Source: Catajapyx aquilonaris (lineage: Eukaryota). Taken from it: a stretch of DNA of 47,133 bases. The translations under genes were made by a program, and so were the position numbers. Position 1 is the stretch's first letter. Each line of letters opens with the position of its first letter. The stretch is from contig KZ538039.1 of assembly GCA_000934665.2 (NCBI GenBank), forward strand, positions 124,001 through 171,133. The letters run 5' to 3'. The notes beneath the pieces are model-generated. The model saw only the letters and a list, made by a program, of their open reading frames with translations. It searched no databases and had not been told where the DNA came from. Shown piece by piece: positions 37,235 through 47,133 of this stretch.

Positions 37235-37979
37235 CCTGGCTAGCTACGTGCTGCAAAAATAAGTTTAAATCCATTATTATAAAAGCTCAAATTTGTTTGT
37301 TTGTCCATTTCGCACCCATTTAGTGCCCCTTGAATACCCATGTTATACCCATTTCGTAGGTGGTACCTAGTCTTACACAAATTATGCCATCATTATGTTT
37401 AAGTACGTTCTGCTCTCCAAAAGAGTCGTTAACATCAAGAAAATCGAGTAGGTCAATCTGAACTGTTCTATTTCCGTTCCAAACCTTGCGTACACTCGAC
37501 GTCGGCAATGCGACCTCGCTGAATTACGCTGTTATGACGCGTACTGACTGCAGCATTGTCCCCCGTACTCACCTGCCCGGTTTGGCTGTTGCGGTACGGT
37601 CCTTTTCCCCTTCGAAAACTCGGAAATTTCGGCCAGAAAATTACGAGGAAAAAAACCCAACCGGCCTCACACTATTCCGACATGACGCTCTGCAACAGTG
37701 GTGACGTCTGGCGGACAAATCCTGAAGCTTGCCTACAGTAGCGCCATCTCTCTGCATTACCGTAATGAGCAATTGTCGCATACGTTACAAACCGGTGAAC
37801 CCTGTAATGTTTAATTATGATTATTCTAGAAATTAAGATGCAGACAGATTGCAATACTGTGTTTTATTGGTCGTGCGAGATGAGTTCCCCTCCCCGTTAA
37901 TACGAACACACATGCACCCCGCCTCACACGACTGGCCCACGCACTCAACACACACAAGCTCCATTTGCGCCTTCCTAGC

Positions 37980-38012
37980 ATACATACATTACTTACATAC
38001 ATACATACATAC
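37980..38012. repeat. Imperfect (TACA)n microsatellite
   Basis: ATACATACATTACTTACATACATACATACATAC in the Btk 3' UTR. Confidence 0.8.
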
Positions 38013-38100
38013 AAGACATAGTACAGAAGGAGTAGGGAAGAGAGAGATAGCTCTTGTCAATTTTTTAAAAATTCTCTTGGTATTTCTTTTTCTCTTTTCT

Positions 38101-46691
<8,591 letters not shown>

Positions 46692-47133
46692 CTGCACACA
46701 AACCAATCAATCAATCAAAAAAAAAAAAAAAATGACGCAACTAGAAATTCACCCTCTCAAACCATACAGCATGCACTGATAAGTTCATAAAAGCCCGCCG
46801 CCCATTACATGTGCGACACTTACGAAACGGGCCATCAATCACTATACTGACACGACATACCGGGTATGCCATAAACGCATGCACACACTACTGGAGAGAG
46901 AGAGAAAAAAAAAACACCCCCCAAAAAACAAGTCTCACGCTGTTGCTAGCCACACCCAAAAATCGCACTTTAAAACCCGTCTCAAAAAGCATCAACTTCC
47001 ACACCCATCCTCACCCACAACACTCGAGAGCACCAGGGAGTCTTATCTACGCGGCTATCTCCAGCTGAAATTCCACTCTGGACTATTATCACCTATGACC
47101 TACATTTAAAACGTCTTCCCCCCAAACCCCCCC

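Overview
Compact, intron-containing animal genomic DNA, most likely arthropod (troponin T with a poly-Glu tail, 5' microexons and twin 79-nt exons; Btk29A-type Tec kinase; TCAGT initiator). The species cannot be determined from the sequence. All gene models were built by hand from splice sites with phase checking. Gene order: a possible partial gene running off the left edge (-); a spliced Harbinger/HARBI1-like transposase-derived gene (-); Rab33 (-); Ric-8/synembryn (-); an orphan Cys-rich, mucin-stalked, probably GPI-anchored protein gene (-); troponin T (-); RpL27A (+) hosting two near-identical U43/snR70-like C/D snoRNAs; a decayed RNase H-bearing non-LTR retrotransposon; SF3A2 (-); and most of a Btk29A/Tec kinase gene (-). 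MITEs and palindromes are scattered through introns and intergenic DNA. The best candidate for something undescribed is the Harbinger-derived gene. It has an intact 3-exon ORF, an apparently broken DDE triad, no visible TIRs or Myb/MADF partner, and an in-frame first exon encoding a signal/anchor-like hydrophobic N-terminus. No prokaryotic features (CRISPR arrays, operons) are present.
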